A stretch of DNA of 64,000 bases from an uncultured Gemmatimonadales bacterium (lineage in GTDB: Bacteria > Gemmatimonadota > Gemmatimonadetes > Longimicrobiales > RSA9), in the NCBI GenBank assembly GCA_963798085.1, contig CAWCRS010000003.1, forward strand, positions 480,001 through 544,000, written 5' to 3'. The position numbers and the translations under genes are program-made. Under the pieces are notes generated by a model. That model worked only from the letters and a program-made list of their open reading frames with translations. It was not told the origin of the DNA and ran no database searches. Numbering within the stretch: position 1 is the stretch's first letter; every line of letters begins with the position of its first letter. This document shows positions 51,045 through 60,816 of the stretch, piece by piece.

Positions 51045-53612
51045 ATGGTGATGCCGACCCGGAGGGAGCGTGTGCTGCCGCGTCTGATCGAAGACGAGAT
51101 GCGGCAGTCGTTCCTCGACTACTCGATGAGCGTGATCGTCCAGCGCGCCCTGCCCGACGTGCGTGACGGACTCAAGCCGGTGCACCGGCGCATCCTGTTC
51201 GCGATGCAGGAAGCCGGACTGTTGCCCGGACGGCCGTACAAGAAGAGCGCAACGGTGGTGGGCGATGTGCTGGGCAAATACCACCCGCATGGCGACATGG
51301 CGGTCTATGACGCGCTCGTGCGCATGGTGCAGGACTTCTCGCTGCGCTACCCGCTCATTGATGGGCAGGGCAATTTCGGCTCCATCGATGGCGATAACGC
51401 GGCCGCGTACCGGTACACCGAGGCCAGGCTGACGCGGCTGGCGGGCGAGCTGCTGGCCGACATCGACAAGGGGACGGTCGACTTCATTCCCAACTTCGAC
51501 GACCAGCGCGAAGAGCCCACCGTGCTGCCCGCGAAGTTTCCCAACCTGCTGGTGAACGGCAGTGCCGGCATCGCCGTGGGCATGGCCACCAATATCCCGC
51601 CCCATAATCTGCGCGAAGTGGGGGCTGCGCTGCGCTACCTGGTAGAGCACCCGGCTTGTGAGGTCGAGGATCTGATGCGTCACGTGCCCGGTCCGGATTT
51701 CCCGACGGGCGCCTACATCGTGGGCCGCGACGGCATTCGCGACGCCTATCGCACGGGACGCGGGCGCATGATCATGCGCGCCGCGCTGCACCGTGAAGCG
51801 CTGCGCGGCGGGCGCGAACAGATTGTTATCACGGCGCTGCCGTACGGCGTGTCCAAGACCAAGGTGATCGAGCAGATCGCGGAGCTGGCGCGCTCGAACA
51901 AGGTGGCCGACGTGTCCGACCTGCGCGACGAGTCCGATCGCGAGGGCATTCGCGTGGTGGTCGAGCTGAAGCGCGGTGCCCGCACGCGTCCGCTGCTGGC
52001 CACGCTCTACAAGCAGACCCACCTGCAGGCGACCTTCGGCGCCATCATGCTCGCGCTGGTGGATGGGACGCCGCGCGAACTCAACCTCAAGCAGATGCTG
52101 GAGCACTTCCGCGATCACCGTCTGGAAGTGATCCAGCGCCGCGCGCGCTTCGACCTGGAGCAGGCGAAACGCGAGGCGCACATCCTGGACGGGCTGATCA
52201 TCGCGGTCGACAACATCGAGGAAGTGATCGCCATCATCAGGGCGTCCAGGGACCAGGAAACTGCGGCGGCCGCGCTGCGCACGGAATTCGAGCTGACGGA
52301 GGAGCAGGCGAAAGCGATCCTCAGCATGAGGCTGGGACGGCTGACCAGCCTGGAGGCGCAGCAGCTGCGCAAGGATCAGCGTGAGCTGCGCAAGCGCATC
52401 AAGGAGCTGGAGACCCTGCTCGCCAGCGAGGCGAGGCAGCGGGCGCTGCTGCTGGAGGAAGTGGCTGGAGTGGTGGACGAATTCGGCGACGAGCGCCGCA
52501 CCACCATCGTGGACGAAGCGGAGGAGCTGGAAGTCGAGGATGTGGAGGCGCAGGAGCAGGTTGTCATATCGCTGAGTCACGCGTCCTACATCAAGCGCGC
52601 GCCCATGGCCGTGTACCGCCGGCGGGTGGCGCGGGGCGTGGCGCAGTCCGGCATGGACCGGTACGAGGATGACTTCCTCGAGCATGTCTTCGTGGCCAGC
52701 ACAGCGGAGACGCTGCTCTGTTTCACGGATGGCGGACAGGTGCACGCGCTGGCTGTGACGGACGTGCCGGAAGCGGGGCCCAGCAGTCGCGGCCGGGCGC
52801 TGGCGCAGGTGCTGACGCTGGACAAGGGCGCGCGCGTGGCGGCACTGCTGGCGGTGGGTGAGTTCTCCGCCGACCGCTCCGTGCTGTTCCTCACTGCGAA
52901 CGGCACGGTCAAGCGTACCACGCTCGATCAGTTCGCGAGCACTCGGGGCAGCGGATTGGCGGCGATCCGGCTGCAGGATGAGGACCGGCTGCTCGACGTG
53001 CAGCTGCTCGAGGCTGGCGCGGATGTCGTACTCGTGACGCGTGCGGGACGGGCGATTCGCTTTCCCGAGTCGGAGATCGCCGCCATGGGTCGCGTAACCC
53101 AGGGCGTGCGCGGCATTCAGCTGCGCAGCGCCGACAGCGTGATCGGCATGGTCGTGGTGCGACGCGACGCTTCGCTCTGCACGATCACGCAGCAGGGTTA
53201 CGCCAAACGCACACCGTTGTCGGAGTACCCGGTGCAGAAGCGGGGCGGGCTGGGCACCATCACGCTGGACGTCACTACCAGGACAGGCGAGCTGGTTGCG
53301 GCGAAGGAGCTGCTCGAGGGCGATGAACTCATGGTGATCGCCGGCAGCGGCAAGGCCACGCGCATCGAAGCAACACAGATACCCATCCAGGGACGCGCCA
53401 CGCAGGGCAAACGCGTTATTACACTGGATGACGGCGATCGCGTGGTGGAAGTGGCGCGTGTGGCGCAGGAGCGCGAAGAAGAAGAGCCGGCGCCGGGCAC
53501 GGCAGGCGGCAGGAAGCGCGCGGTGGAGTCAGAGGATGCGGTTGATCAGGACGACGCGAACGGTCCGCAGCTGGAACTGATTCCCGAAAAGAAACGTCGC
53601 CCGAAAAAGTGA
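51045..53612 (+). CDS. gyrA: Type IIA topoisomerase subunit A (GyrA/ParC), GyrA-box degenerate
   Basis: [22 protein letters not shown], catalytic RYTEARL and GPDFPTG motifs; C-terminal pinwheel blades. Confidence 0.9.
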   Translation: MVMPTRRERVLPRLIEDEMRQSFLDYSMSVIVQRALPDVRDGLKPVHRRILFAMQEAGLLPGRPYKKSATVVGDVLGKYHPHGDMAVYDALVRMVQDFSLRYPLIDGQGNFGSIDGDNAAAYRYTEARLTRLAGELLADIDKGTVDFIPNFDDQREEPTVLPAKFPNLLVNGSAGIAVGMATNIPPHNLREVGAALRYLVEHPACEVEDLMRHVPGPDFPTGAYIVGRDGIRDAYRTGRGRMIMRAALHREALRGGREQIVITALPYGVSKTKVIEQIAELARSNKVADVSDLRDESDREGIRVVVELKRGARTRPLLATLYKQTHLQATFGAIMLALVDGTPRELNLKQMLEHFRDHRLEVIQRRARFDLEQAKREAHILDGLIIAVDNIEEVIAIIRASRDQETAAAALRTEFELTEEQAKAILSMRLGRLTSLEAQQLRKDQRELRKRIKELETLLASEARQRALLLEEVAGVVDEFGDERRTTIVDEAEELEVEDVEAQEQVVISLSHASYIKRAPMAVYRRRVARGVAQSGMDRYEDDFLEHVFVASTAETLLCFTDGGQVHALAVTDVPEAGPSSRGRALAQVLTLDKGARVAALLAVGEFSADRSVLFLTANGTVKRTTLDQFASTRGSGLAAIRLQDEDRLLDVQLLEAGADVVLVTRAGRAIRFPESEIAAMGRVTQGVRGIQLRSADSVIGMVVVRRDASLCTITQQGYAKRTPLSEYPVQKRGGLGTITLDVTTRTGELVAAKELLEGDELMVIAGSGKATRIEATQIPIQGRATQGKRVITLDDGDRVVEVARVAQEREEEEPAPGTAGGRKRAVESEDAVDQDDANGPQLELIPEKKRRPKK

Positions 53613-53625
53613 ACGGGGGCTCGCC

Positions 53626-54456
53626 TCAGAACGGAGCGGACGCGCGCATCGACAGGCTGTTCCTCGGCAACCCGGCCAGGAACTGGGCCACGATGGCGTT
53701 GAACTCCTCAGGCTGTTCCAGCGGTGCCATGTGTCCGGCGGCTTCGATCAGCTCGAGGCGGGCACCACGAATTCCGCGCGCCAGCATTTCCGCCTGGCCA
53801 CGCCCGGTGATCGTGTCATCCGCGCCCACAACGACGAGCACCGGCACATCAATGGTGCGGAGCAGCGGCTCGGCATCGGCGCGCGCGGCCATGCCCAGGA
53901 GTGTGCGCGCCATCGACTCCGGTGCAGTCTCCTCCATCATGGCGCGCACCATCGCACCCACCCCCGGCTTCTTCCGCGTTGTGGCGGGCGAGAGGAGCTT
54001 GGGCAGCAGCGCTTCCACGACCGGCGCCTGGCCCTCGAGGCGCACGCGATCCGCGAGGTGGTGGCGGGCACGCTGCGTGTCGGGTGAGTCGGCACCGGCG
54101 CGTGTGTCGCACAGCACGATCGCGCGCACGCGCTCCGCGAAATGGCGCCAGAACTCGAAGGCGACGTAACCGCCCATCGACAGGCCGCAGAGTACCACGC
54201 GATCGACGTTCATGAAATCGAGCAGCGCGGCGAGGTCGCGCGCGAAAAGCTCCATTGTGTGAACCGGCTCGTTGCCCGTCTCGCTCGCCCCGAAGCCACG
54301 CAGGTCCGGCGCAATGCCTCGCCACTCGGCGGGCACCGCGGCCAGCTGCTGGCCCCACATTGCCGAGTTGAAGGGGAAACCGTGGATGAAGATCACGGCG
54401 TCGCCTTCGCCGCGCTCACGCCACTCGAGCTCGATTCCGTTGAGCGTGACACCCAT
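53626..54456 (-). CDS. Alpha/beta hydrolase (PcaD-like)
   Basis: IHGFP, DLRGFG, GLSMGG and AGHMAPLE motifs. Confidence 0.92.
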   Translation of the reverse strand: MGVTLNGIELEWRERGEGDAVIFIHGFPFNSAMWGQQLAAVPAEWRGIAPDLRGFGASETGNEPVHTMELFARDLAALLDFMNVDRVVLCGLSMGGYVAFEFWRHFAERVRAIVLCDTRAGADSPDTQRARHHLADRVRLEGQAPVVEALLPKLLSPATTRKKPGVGAMVRAMMEETAPESMARTLLGMAARADAEPLLRTIDVPVLVVVGADDTITGRGQAEMLARGIRGARLELIEAAGHMAPLEQPEEFNAIVAQFLAGLPRNSLSMRASAPF

Positions 54457-54499
54457 GGCGCCTCAGGTCAGCAGGGGGTTCCGCAGTACGGCCGGCACA

Positions 54500-54796
54500 T
54501 CACAGACCGAGCGACGACCGGATTATGGGATCCATTCGCTCTGGCGTCCACGGCGGCGTGAAGGTCAGCTCGACTTCTGCGGTCTCCACCCCCTCGATGG
54601 CTTCGATGGCTGCCTGCGCTTCTTCGATGATCTGCCCGGCCGCCGGGCAGAAGGGGGAGGTCAGGGAAAGCGTCGCGTGGACGTGGTTGTCCTGGATCTC
54701 GATCCCGTACACCAGCCCGAGAACCACCACATCCAGATTCAATTCAGGGTCCTTCACCTTCCGCAACGCACGCTTGACATCAAGTTCTGTCGGCAC
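54500..54796 (-). CDS. DUF59 (SufT-like) metal-sulfur cluster assembly factor
   Basis: VKDPEL..LGLVY, TSPFCP and FTPPWTPERM motifs; AAGGAG RBS. Confidence 0.9.
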   Translation of the reverse strand: MPTELDVKRALRKVKDPELNLDVVVLGLVYGIEIQDNHVHATLSLTSPFCPAAGQIIEEAQAAIEAIEGVETAEVELTFTPPWTPERMDPIIRSSLGL

Positions 54797-54989
54797 TCGG
54801 AGCTCCTTTCTTTAAGCCGCCCATCACGGTGGGTACCGTGCGCGGAGCGGCGCATCGGTCACCTTCGAGCCGGGCCACGGATCGCCTGCGCAGACGCCGA
54901 AGCGACGAGACATTCGCACGGTTCGCCGCGTGTTGACACCCCCTGCGGCGACCTGTAGGGTAGGCGCACCCGTGATCCGGAGGCGAGTG

Positions 54990-55220
54990 GTGGCGCATTG
55001 CATGACCATTGAGTACTGCGGCCTCTGAAACTACTACCCCATGGCCTCCGGTCTGGAGGCGCGAATCCGCGAGTCGTACCCGGACACCGTGGTGGAACTC
55101 GTGGAATCACGCGGCGGCGTCTTCGAGGTGACGGTTGACGGCACGTTGATCTACTCGAAGAAGCAGACCGGACGGCACCCGCGCTGGGAGGAAATCCGCG
55201 ACCGTATGCAGCAGCTTTGA
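54990..55220 (+). CDS. SelW/SelT/SelH (Rdx) family selenoprotein, 76 aa, Sec at UGA 55026-55028
   Basis: MAHCMTIEYCGL(U)NYYPMASGLEARIRESYPDTVVELVESRGGVFEVTVDGTLIYSKKQTGRHPRWEEIRDRMQQL; CxxU plus GGVFEV..DG.LIYSK Rdx motif; GGAGG at 54979. Confidence 0.9.
55029..55060 (+). promoter_or_regulatory. Bacterial SECIS-like hairpin
   Basis: Stem GCCTCC (55044-55049) / GGAGGC (55055-55060) with loop GGTCT starting 22 nt after the UGA. Confidence 0.75.
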
Positions 55221-56308
55221 TGTCGATCAACCGGATCGCGATCAACACGGGGGGTGGTGACGCGCCAGGACTGAATGCCGTGATCCGCGCCGTTGTACTG
55301 TCCGCGACGCGGCGTGGGTGGCAGGTATTCGGCATCGAGCGCGGGTACGGCGCGCTGCTTGGCGATGGCGATATCGTACGGCTGGACCGCGATTCCGTGC
55401 GTGGCATCACGCATCTGGGTGGCACCATTCTCGGGACATCCAACCGCGCGAATCCATTCGAGTGGCCCACGCCCGGGCCGGACGGCACCATGGTGACCGT
55501 CGACCGGAGCGATGAAGTCATCAAGAGCTTCCGGCGAAGCGGCTTCGACGCCCTGATCGCAATCGGCGGTGACGGCTCGTTGCGTATTGCCAATGGTCTG
55601 GCACGCAAGGGACTTCCCGTCGTGGGCGTGCCCAAGACCATCGACAACGACCTGGGTCTCACCTTTGTGACCTTCGGATTCCACACTGCCGTGCAGACCG
55701 CCAGTGACGCCATCGACAAGCTGCACTCGACGGCGGAGAGCCACGAACGCGTGTTGGTGGTGGAGGTAATGGGGCGGAACGCCGGCTGGATCGCGCTGTA
55801 CGCCGGACTCGGCGGTTCCGCAGACATCATTCTCATCCCGGAGATTCCGTACGATCTGGCGCGGGTGTGCGCCAAGATCGAGGAGCGATACCGTGAGGGT
55901 CGCAACTTCGCGATCGCAGTCGTGGCGGAAGGTGCGATTCCGAAGGGTGGCGAGGCGTCATACGTGGAGGCAGGTGCGCCGGGAAAGGAAGCGCGATTGG
56001 GTGGCGCTGGTGAGCGAATCGCGCGCCAGATTGCGCACCGCACCAACCGCGAGACCCGCTCACTGGTCCTGGGACACCTGCAGCGCGGTGGCTCACCCAC
56101 GTCGTACGATCGTCTGATTGCGCTGCGTTTCGGCGCGGCCGCTGTGCGCTGCGCGGCGGCGGGTCAGTTTGGCGTCATGGTGGCGCTGGACCCACCGGAA
56201 ATCCGGCCCGTTCCCCTCGATCAGGCCATCCAGCAGATCAAGCGTGTTCCCCTCGATTCGGACACGGTACAGACGGCGCGAGATCTGGGCGTCTCGTTCG
56301 GCGACTGA
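55220..56308 (+). CDS. pfkA: 6-phosphofructokinase, PfkA superfamily (G104/K124 mixed-type signature)
   Basis: GGGDAPGLN, GGTILG, GGDGS, PKTIDND, EVMGR and LGHLQRGG motifs. Confidence 0.95.
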   Translation: MSINRIAINTGGGDAPGLNAVIRAVVLSATRRGWQVFGIERGYGALLGDGDIVRLDRDSVRGITHLGGTILGTSNRANPFEWPTPGPDGTMVTVDRSDEVIKSFRRSGFDALIAIGGDGSLRIANGLARKGLPVVGVPKTIDNDLGLTFVTFGFHTAVQTASDAIDKLHSTAESHERVLVVEVMGRNAGWIALYAGLGGSADIILIPEIPYDLARVCAKIEERYREGRNFAIAVVAEGAIPKGGEASYVEAGAPGKEARLGGAGERIARQIAHRTNRETRSLVLGHLQRGGSPTSYDRLIALRFGAAAVRCAAAGQFGVMVALDPPEIRPVPLDQAIQQIKRVPLDSDTVQTARDLGVSFGD

Positions 56309-56332
56309 ACTCCAGGCCGCAGGAGGTTTCAC

Positions 56333-58738
56333 ATGAAGAGGGCGCAATTCCCCGCCCTTGTGGTGGTGCTCTCGCTGGGCGCCGCCCGGCTCACGGCGCA
56401 GCAGGCACCGCATTTCGACCTGGCCATTGCGAACATCATGCGCGGACCCGAGCTGGTGGGTCAGGCGCCGTCGTCCGTTCGCTGGAGCGATGACGGTCAG
56501 TGGATCTTCTTCCGCTGGGTGCCCGGCGGCCAGCCCTGGGATGCGACACCAGCCCTGTACCGCGTGGCCGCGCGCGGGGGCGAACCGCAGAAGCTCACGG
56601 ACCGCGAAGCCGATTCGCTCAGCGTGCTGCTGGCGTCGGGACCGGAATCGCCGGACGGCAAATGGCGAGCGGTCTCGTCGAATGGCGATCTCGCCCTCAT
56701 CAATCGGACCACGCTCGCCGTTCGCCAGCTGACGCACACGCGGTCCATCGAGAGCGCGCCCGTTTGGCGCCGGGACGGCGGGGCGCTCTACTACCTGAGT
56801 GATAACAACCTGTTCGAAATGGCGCTGGAAGGCGGCGGCCTGCGCCAGATCACGGACTTCCGTAGTGGTCCCGCGCCCGCAGAGGCCCGGCCGGCACAGG
56901 GTCAACGCGGCTTCCTCGAGGATCAGCAGAAGGCGTTGTTCGAGTACATCCGCCGGCAGGCTGCACGCAACACGGAGAATCGCGACGAGCGGCATGCGCT
57001 GGATGCACGTGATTCGCTTCATACCGTGTATCTGGAACGCGACGAACGGGTGCTCACGCTCGCCGTCGATCCCGCCGGCAGCTACGCGCTGATCGCCACG
57101 GCCAGCCAGAGCGGCGGCGCCCCGGGCGGGCCGCGGCGCGTGCAGGTTCCGTTCTGGATCACGGAGTCCGGCTACACCGAGGCCAGAGACGGGCGCACCA
57201 AAGTCGGTGACGTGCAGGTCAACAGCGGACGGCTCGGCGTCGTGTCGCTGGCGGGCGACGTCGTGCACTGGATCGATCTCGCGGCTGCTACCAATCCCGG
57301 TGATGCGCAGGCTGCAAAGCGCGAACTGGGCTTCCCATCATTCCTCGGCTGGAATGACGCGGGCACAAACGGCCTGATCGGTGTGGGCAGCGCGGATTTC
57401 AAGGATGCCTGGCTCTGGACCATGGATGCCGCGACCGGGGCATTGACGCCGGTCACGCACCTCCACGACAATGCCTGGGTGGCTGGGCCCTGCCCGTTCT
57501 GGGGCAGCTCGTCATGCGCCGGCTGGCTGCCTGGCAGCGGCATGGTCTGGTACACGAGCGAAGCAGACGGCTTCAATCACCTCTACACGGTGAACGCCGA
57601 CGGTACAGGCCGCAAACAACTGACTTCCGGACGCTGGGAGGTGCAGAGCGTCGACATCTCACCGTCGCACGACCGTTTCTATCTGCAGACCAGCGAGCCA
57701 TCTCCGTTCGAAGTGCACTTCTGGCAGATGAACTTCGACGGCTCCAACCGCGTGCGCATCACCACCATGCCGGGGCATCAGGAAGCGACGCCTTCGCCCG
57801 ACGGACGCCGGCTCGCTTTCGTGCACTCGTTCTCCAATGTGCCGCCGGAACTGTATGTCGCCGACAACTCGCCGGGCGCCGCCGCCACGCGTGTCACGCT
57901 GTCACCTACGGCGGAGTGGCGATCGTTCAAGTGGATCGCGCCGCAGATCGACTGGATCGACGCCAGCGATGGCGTCAAGGTGCCAGCCCGCATCTACAAG
58001 CCGGCCGAGATGGGCGCCCGGCCCAATGGTGCAGCAGTCATCTTCGTGCACGGCGCCGGCTATGCGCAGAACGTGCACAACTGGTGGTCGTCGTATTTCC
58101 GCGAGTACATGTTCCATCACGTGCTCGCTTCCCGCGGCTACGTGGTGCTGGACATCGATTACCGCGCTTCGGCGGGCTATGGACGGGACTGGCGCACTGC
58201 GATCTATCGGCACATGGGCGGTAGAGATCTCGCCGATCAGGTGGATGGTTCACGCTATCTGACAAAGAACTTCGATATCCCTCCGGAACGCGTGGGCATC
58301 TACGGCGGATCGTACGGCGGTTTCATGACGCTGATGGCGCTTTTCACGGCGCCCAAAAGCTTTGGCGCCGGCGCCGCCCTGCGCTCGGTGACCGACTGGG
58401 CTCACTACAACCACGGCTACACGGGTCGCATCCTGAATCTGCCCCAGGATGATAGCATCGCCTACCGGCAGTCATCGCCCATCTACTTCGCGGAAGGCCT
58501 CGAGGACCCGCTGCTGATGGCGCACGGCATGGTCGACACGAACGTCAACTTCGCTGACATCGTGCGGCTGACTCAGCGTCTGATCGAGCTGGGCAAGCGC
58601 AATTGGCAACTCGCCGTTTTCCCGGTGGAGGACCACGGATTCCTCGTGCCCTCGAGCTGGACCGACGAGTATCGTCGCATCCTCGAGCTGTTCGAGCGCA
58701 ACATCAATCCGCACGGTAATCCCGCCACGGTCAAATAA
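56333..58738 (+). CDS. Secreted S9 prolyl oligopeptidase / dipeptidyl peptidase IV-like protein
   Basis: Signal peptide, propeller repeats, GGSYGG, DTNV and EDHGF; AGGAGG RBS. Confidence 0.95.
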   Translation: MKRAQFPALVVVLSLGAARLTAQQAPHFDLAIANIMRGPELVGQAPSSVRWSDDGQWIFFRWVPGGQPWDATPALYRVAARGGEPQKLTDREADSLSVLLASGPESPDGKWRAVSSNGDLALINRTTLAVRQLTHTRSIESAPVWRRDGGALYYLSDNNLFEMALEGGGLRQITDFRSGPAPAEARPAQGQRGFLEDQQKALFEYIRRQAARNTENRDERHALDARDSLHTVYLERDERVLTLAVDPAGSYALIATASQSGGAPGGPRRVQVPFWITESGYTEARDGRTKVGDVQVNSGRLGVVSLAGDVVHWIDLAAATNPGDAQAAKRELGFPSFLGWNDAGTNGLIGVGSADFKDAWLWTMDAATGALTPVTHLHDNAWVAGPCPFWGSSSCAGWLPGSGMVWYTSEADGFNHLYTVNADGTGRKQLTSGRWEVQSVDISPSHDRFYLQTSEPSPFEVHFWQMNFDGSNRVRITTMPGHQEATPSPDGRRLAFVHSFSNVPPELYVADNSPGAAATRVTLSPTAEWRSFKWIAPQIDWIDASDGVKVPARIYKPAEMGARPNGAAVIFVHGAGYAQNVHNWWSSYFREYMFHHVLASRGYVVLDIDYRASAGYGRDWRTAIYRHMGGRDLADQVDGSRYLTKNFDIPPERVGIYGGSYGGFMTLMALFTAPKSFGAGAALRSVTDWAHYNHGYTGRILNLPQDDSIAYRQSSPIYFAEGLEDPLLMAHGMVDTNVNFADIVRLTQRLIELGKRNWQLAVFPVEDHGFLVPSSWTDEYRRILELFERNINPHGNPATVK

Positions 58739-58752
58739 GGACTGCTGGAACG

Positions 58753-58792
58753 CCGAGGGGCTCCGGTCGATCGACCAGAGCCCCTCGGTTTC
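58753..58792 (+). terminator. Intrinsic terminator between convergent genes
   Basis: CCGAGGGGCTC.GGTCGATCGACC.GAGCCCCTCGG followed by TTT. Confidence 0.75.
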
Positions 58793-58815
58793 CCTTGCGG
58801 AATCCCGGCGACTAC

Positions 58816-59538
58816 TCAGCTGCTCGTGCGCCGCTTCTCCGATTGTGCTGCTTCGACAGCGGCCCTTCTGGCCGCCACGAACTCCGCGTGCCTCGTGCGA
58901 TCACCGGTCAACACCATTTCGGCGTAGCCGTTGTGCGGATCGGCACCACTGCTCAAGAGCGAATCCACGCGTGTGGGGCCACGATTGTACGCAAGCAAGG
59001 CCAGCTCTGGATCGCCATACGTGTCGATCAGACGACGCAGATAGCGGAAGCCCACTCGCAGATTGAAGCGGGGCTCCAGGAGTTCTTCGCGCCTCGTACC
59101 GGGGAACAGCCACCGCGCCGTGGACGGCTTGACCTGTGTCAGGCCCACGGCACCGACCGAAGAAACCGCCGCCGCCGCGAAGCCCGACTCGGCCCGCACG
59201 AGGCGGAACGCCAGGTGTGGATCGATGCGCTCCTTGGCCGCAGCCCAGGAGATGTCGTCCGCCAGGCCGGCCGGGATTCCGAAGCTTGCTGCGAATTGAC
59301 CCGAGCGCTGAAGCCGCTCGTGATCCAGCACGGCCTGTCGCCAAGCCGTCGCCACCGCGTCCCTCGCCTGTGCTTCCGCAATGCGCTGTGGTTCCTGCGT
59401 CACGTCCACCGCCCCTGCCCCACCGTCTACCCACATGAAAGCACCCGCAGGTGCGATCAGTCCAAGTCCTACCAGCAGCGTGATGGTCGGTCGCCGTACT
59501 CTCTGGCACAGCGCCCTGACCTTCGGGAACGTCCGCAT
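58816..59538 (-). CDS. Lytic transglycosylase (SLT domain)
   Basis: AESGF, GAVGLTQV and ALLAYNRGP motifs; N-terminal anchor; GGAGGGAG RBS. Confidence 0.92.
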   Translation of the reverse strand: MRTFPKVRALCQRVRRPTITLLVGLGLIAPAGAFMWVDGGAGAVDVTQEPQRIAEAQARDAVATAWRQAVLDHERLQRSGQFAASFGIPAGLADDISWAAAKERIDPHLAFRLVRAESGFAAAAVSSVGAVGLTQVKPSTARWLFPGTRREELLEPRFNLRVGFRYLRRLIDTYGDPELALLAYNRGPTRVDSLLSSGADPHNGYAEMVLTGDRTRHAEFVAARRAAVEAAQSEKRRTSS

Positions 59539-59696
59539 GGCGGTCTCCCTCCGGCTTCGGGTGTGTGTCGAGCGATCCGCGATTCGCGGGTCGCATCCAA
59601 ACGGCCGCCCTCCTGGCTAAATCATTTACTGACAGGCATCTCCAAGAAAAGCGCCGCCTCGTCCAGCGCCGCTTGACCGTCTGGTACCCGCTGTCT

Positions 59697-59712
59697 CGCA
59701 AGTAGGGTTCCA
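59697..59712 (-). promoter_or_regulatory. Candidate sigma-54 (-24/-12) promoter upstream of the transglycosylase
   Basis: Minus strand TGGAAC-CCTAC-TTGCG (GG-N10-GC). Confidence 0.45.
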
Positions 59713-59862
59713 GATCAGGTCCCGGTGGCCGGTCCGACCGCGGCCGGGCGGACAGCATAGGAGGCGCAGGAATCAACGAAATCCGGACACCTCCCGCAGG
59801 ACACGCTATATGCAGTGGACCGGCGGCTGGCCCGGCACTCAATGTTGTGCCTTGAACAAGGG

Positions 59863-60228
59863 CTACTGGAGGGTAACGCGGTGGATCGTGCCGTCACCAA
59901 GGTCAATGCGATACGGGCCAGTCAGACGAGCGCCTGTGGCGCTGCGTCCACTTATCTCCACCACGGTGCTCGAAACTGTGGCGATGACAAAGCGTTGTGT
60001 CGACCGATCGGGTACGGCACCGAGCACATGGGGGCCGGAGCCGGCGTCGTACGACACGATCATCTCCTGGCCAGTCTGGTTGGTCACGAGCACGGCGTAC
60101 ACGGGCCGCGGTTGTGTACCCACCGCCACATTGCGGTGGCATGCGATCAGGGGCAGCAGGAGCAGAATCAGCAGGAGGGAGCGTACTGCGAGCGCGTCGC
60201 ACCGCGCCGGCTGCTGCGGCAGGACCAC
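59863..60228 (-). CDS. Hypothetical small lipoprotein (start uncertain)
   Basis: LLLILLLLPLIAC lipobox followed by a beta-rich domain. Confidence 0.6.
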   Translation of the reverse strand: MVLPQQPARCDALAVRSLLLILLLLPLIACHRNVAVGTQPRPVYAVLVTNQTGQEMIVSYDAGSGPHVLGAVPDRSTQRFVIATVSSTVVEISGRSATGARLTGPYRIDLGDGTIHRVTLQ

Positions 60229-60244
60229 TGCCGCAAAGTGCGGC

Positions 60245-60664
60245 TCAGTCGTCGTCGAACGAGAAGCGACGCGCGGCCTCATCGGTGGGAGCTCCTCCAG
60301 TCATGAGGTCGATCAACGCCCGCATTTCGTCACTGATGTGGCGCAGGCGGTCGAGCACGGTGAGCACGTGTGCATACTCGAAGAAGGCACGAATCGCGGA
60401 TTCGGAAGACGGGTTCTCGCGCAGGATGAAGTCATCTACGCGCTCCCGCGCGTCGACGAGAAGGAACTCCAGCGCGCGCTGGATCTGGTTTGCTTCCTCG
60501 AGCGAGTCAACAGACAGATCGCCCGTGAGTCGGGGCGAGAGCGCCTCGAGCGCAGGCAGCACCTCGGGAGGTGCCGCTACGCCACCGTTGTCCAGCGCTT
60601 CGAAAACCCGATCAATGGCCGTGTCGATCGCGGTCAGTTCTTCGTACGAGCAGTGCAGAATCAT
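60245..60664 (-). CDS. Hypothetical acidic helical protein
   Basis: GGAGG-like RBS before MILHCSYEEL; protein-like composition. Confidence 0.7.
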   Translation of the reverse strand: MILHCSYEELTAIDTAIDRVFEALDNGGVAAPPEVLPALEALSPRLTGDLSVDSLEEANQIQRALEFLLVDARERVDDFILRENPSSESAIRAFFEYAHVLTVLDRLRHISDEMRALIDLMTGGAPTDEAARRFSFDDD

Positions 60665-60816
60665 CCGCCGAGGCCTCCGACGCCAACGCCCTCTCCATTC
60701 AGAACGCTCGAACGAGAGAAATCGTTTCCGCATCGGTTTCGTCTGCGCGCGCATTTCATCGCGACGGACACAATACCGTGGCTGGCGCGGCGCGCAACCG
60801 TCGCAAGGGGCAACAA

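Noticed and set aside
50565..52745. Long antisense ORFs (726 aa opposite gyrA; also 13924..15231, 41004..42512, 42564..43637)
   Set aside because: Shadow ORFs expected from GC-rich codon bias opposite well-supported genes; no motifs
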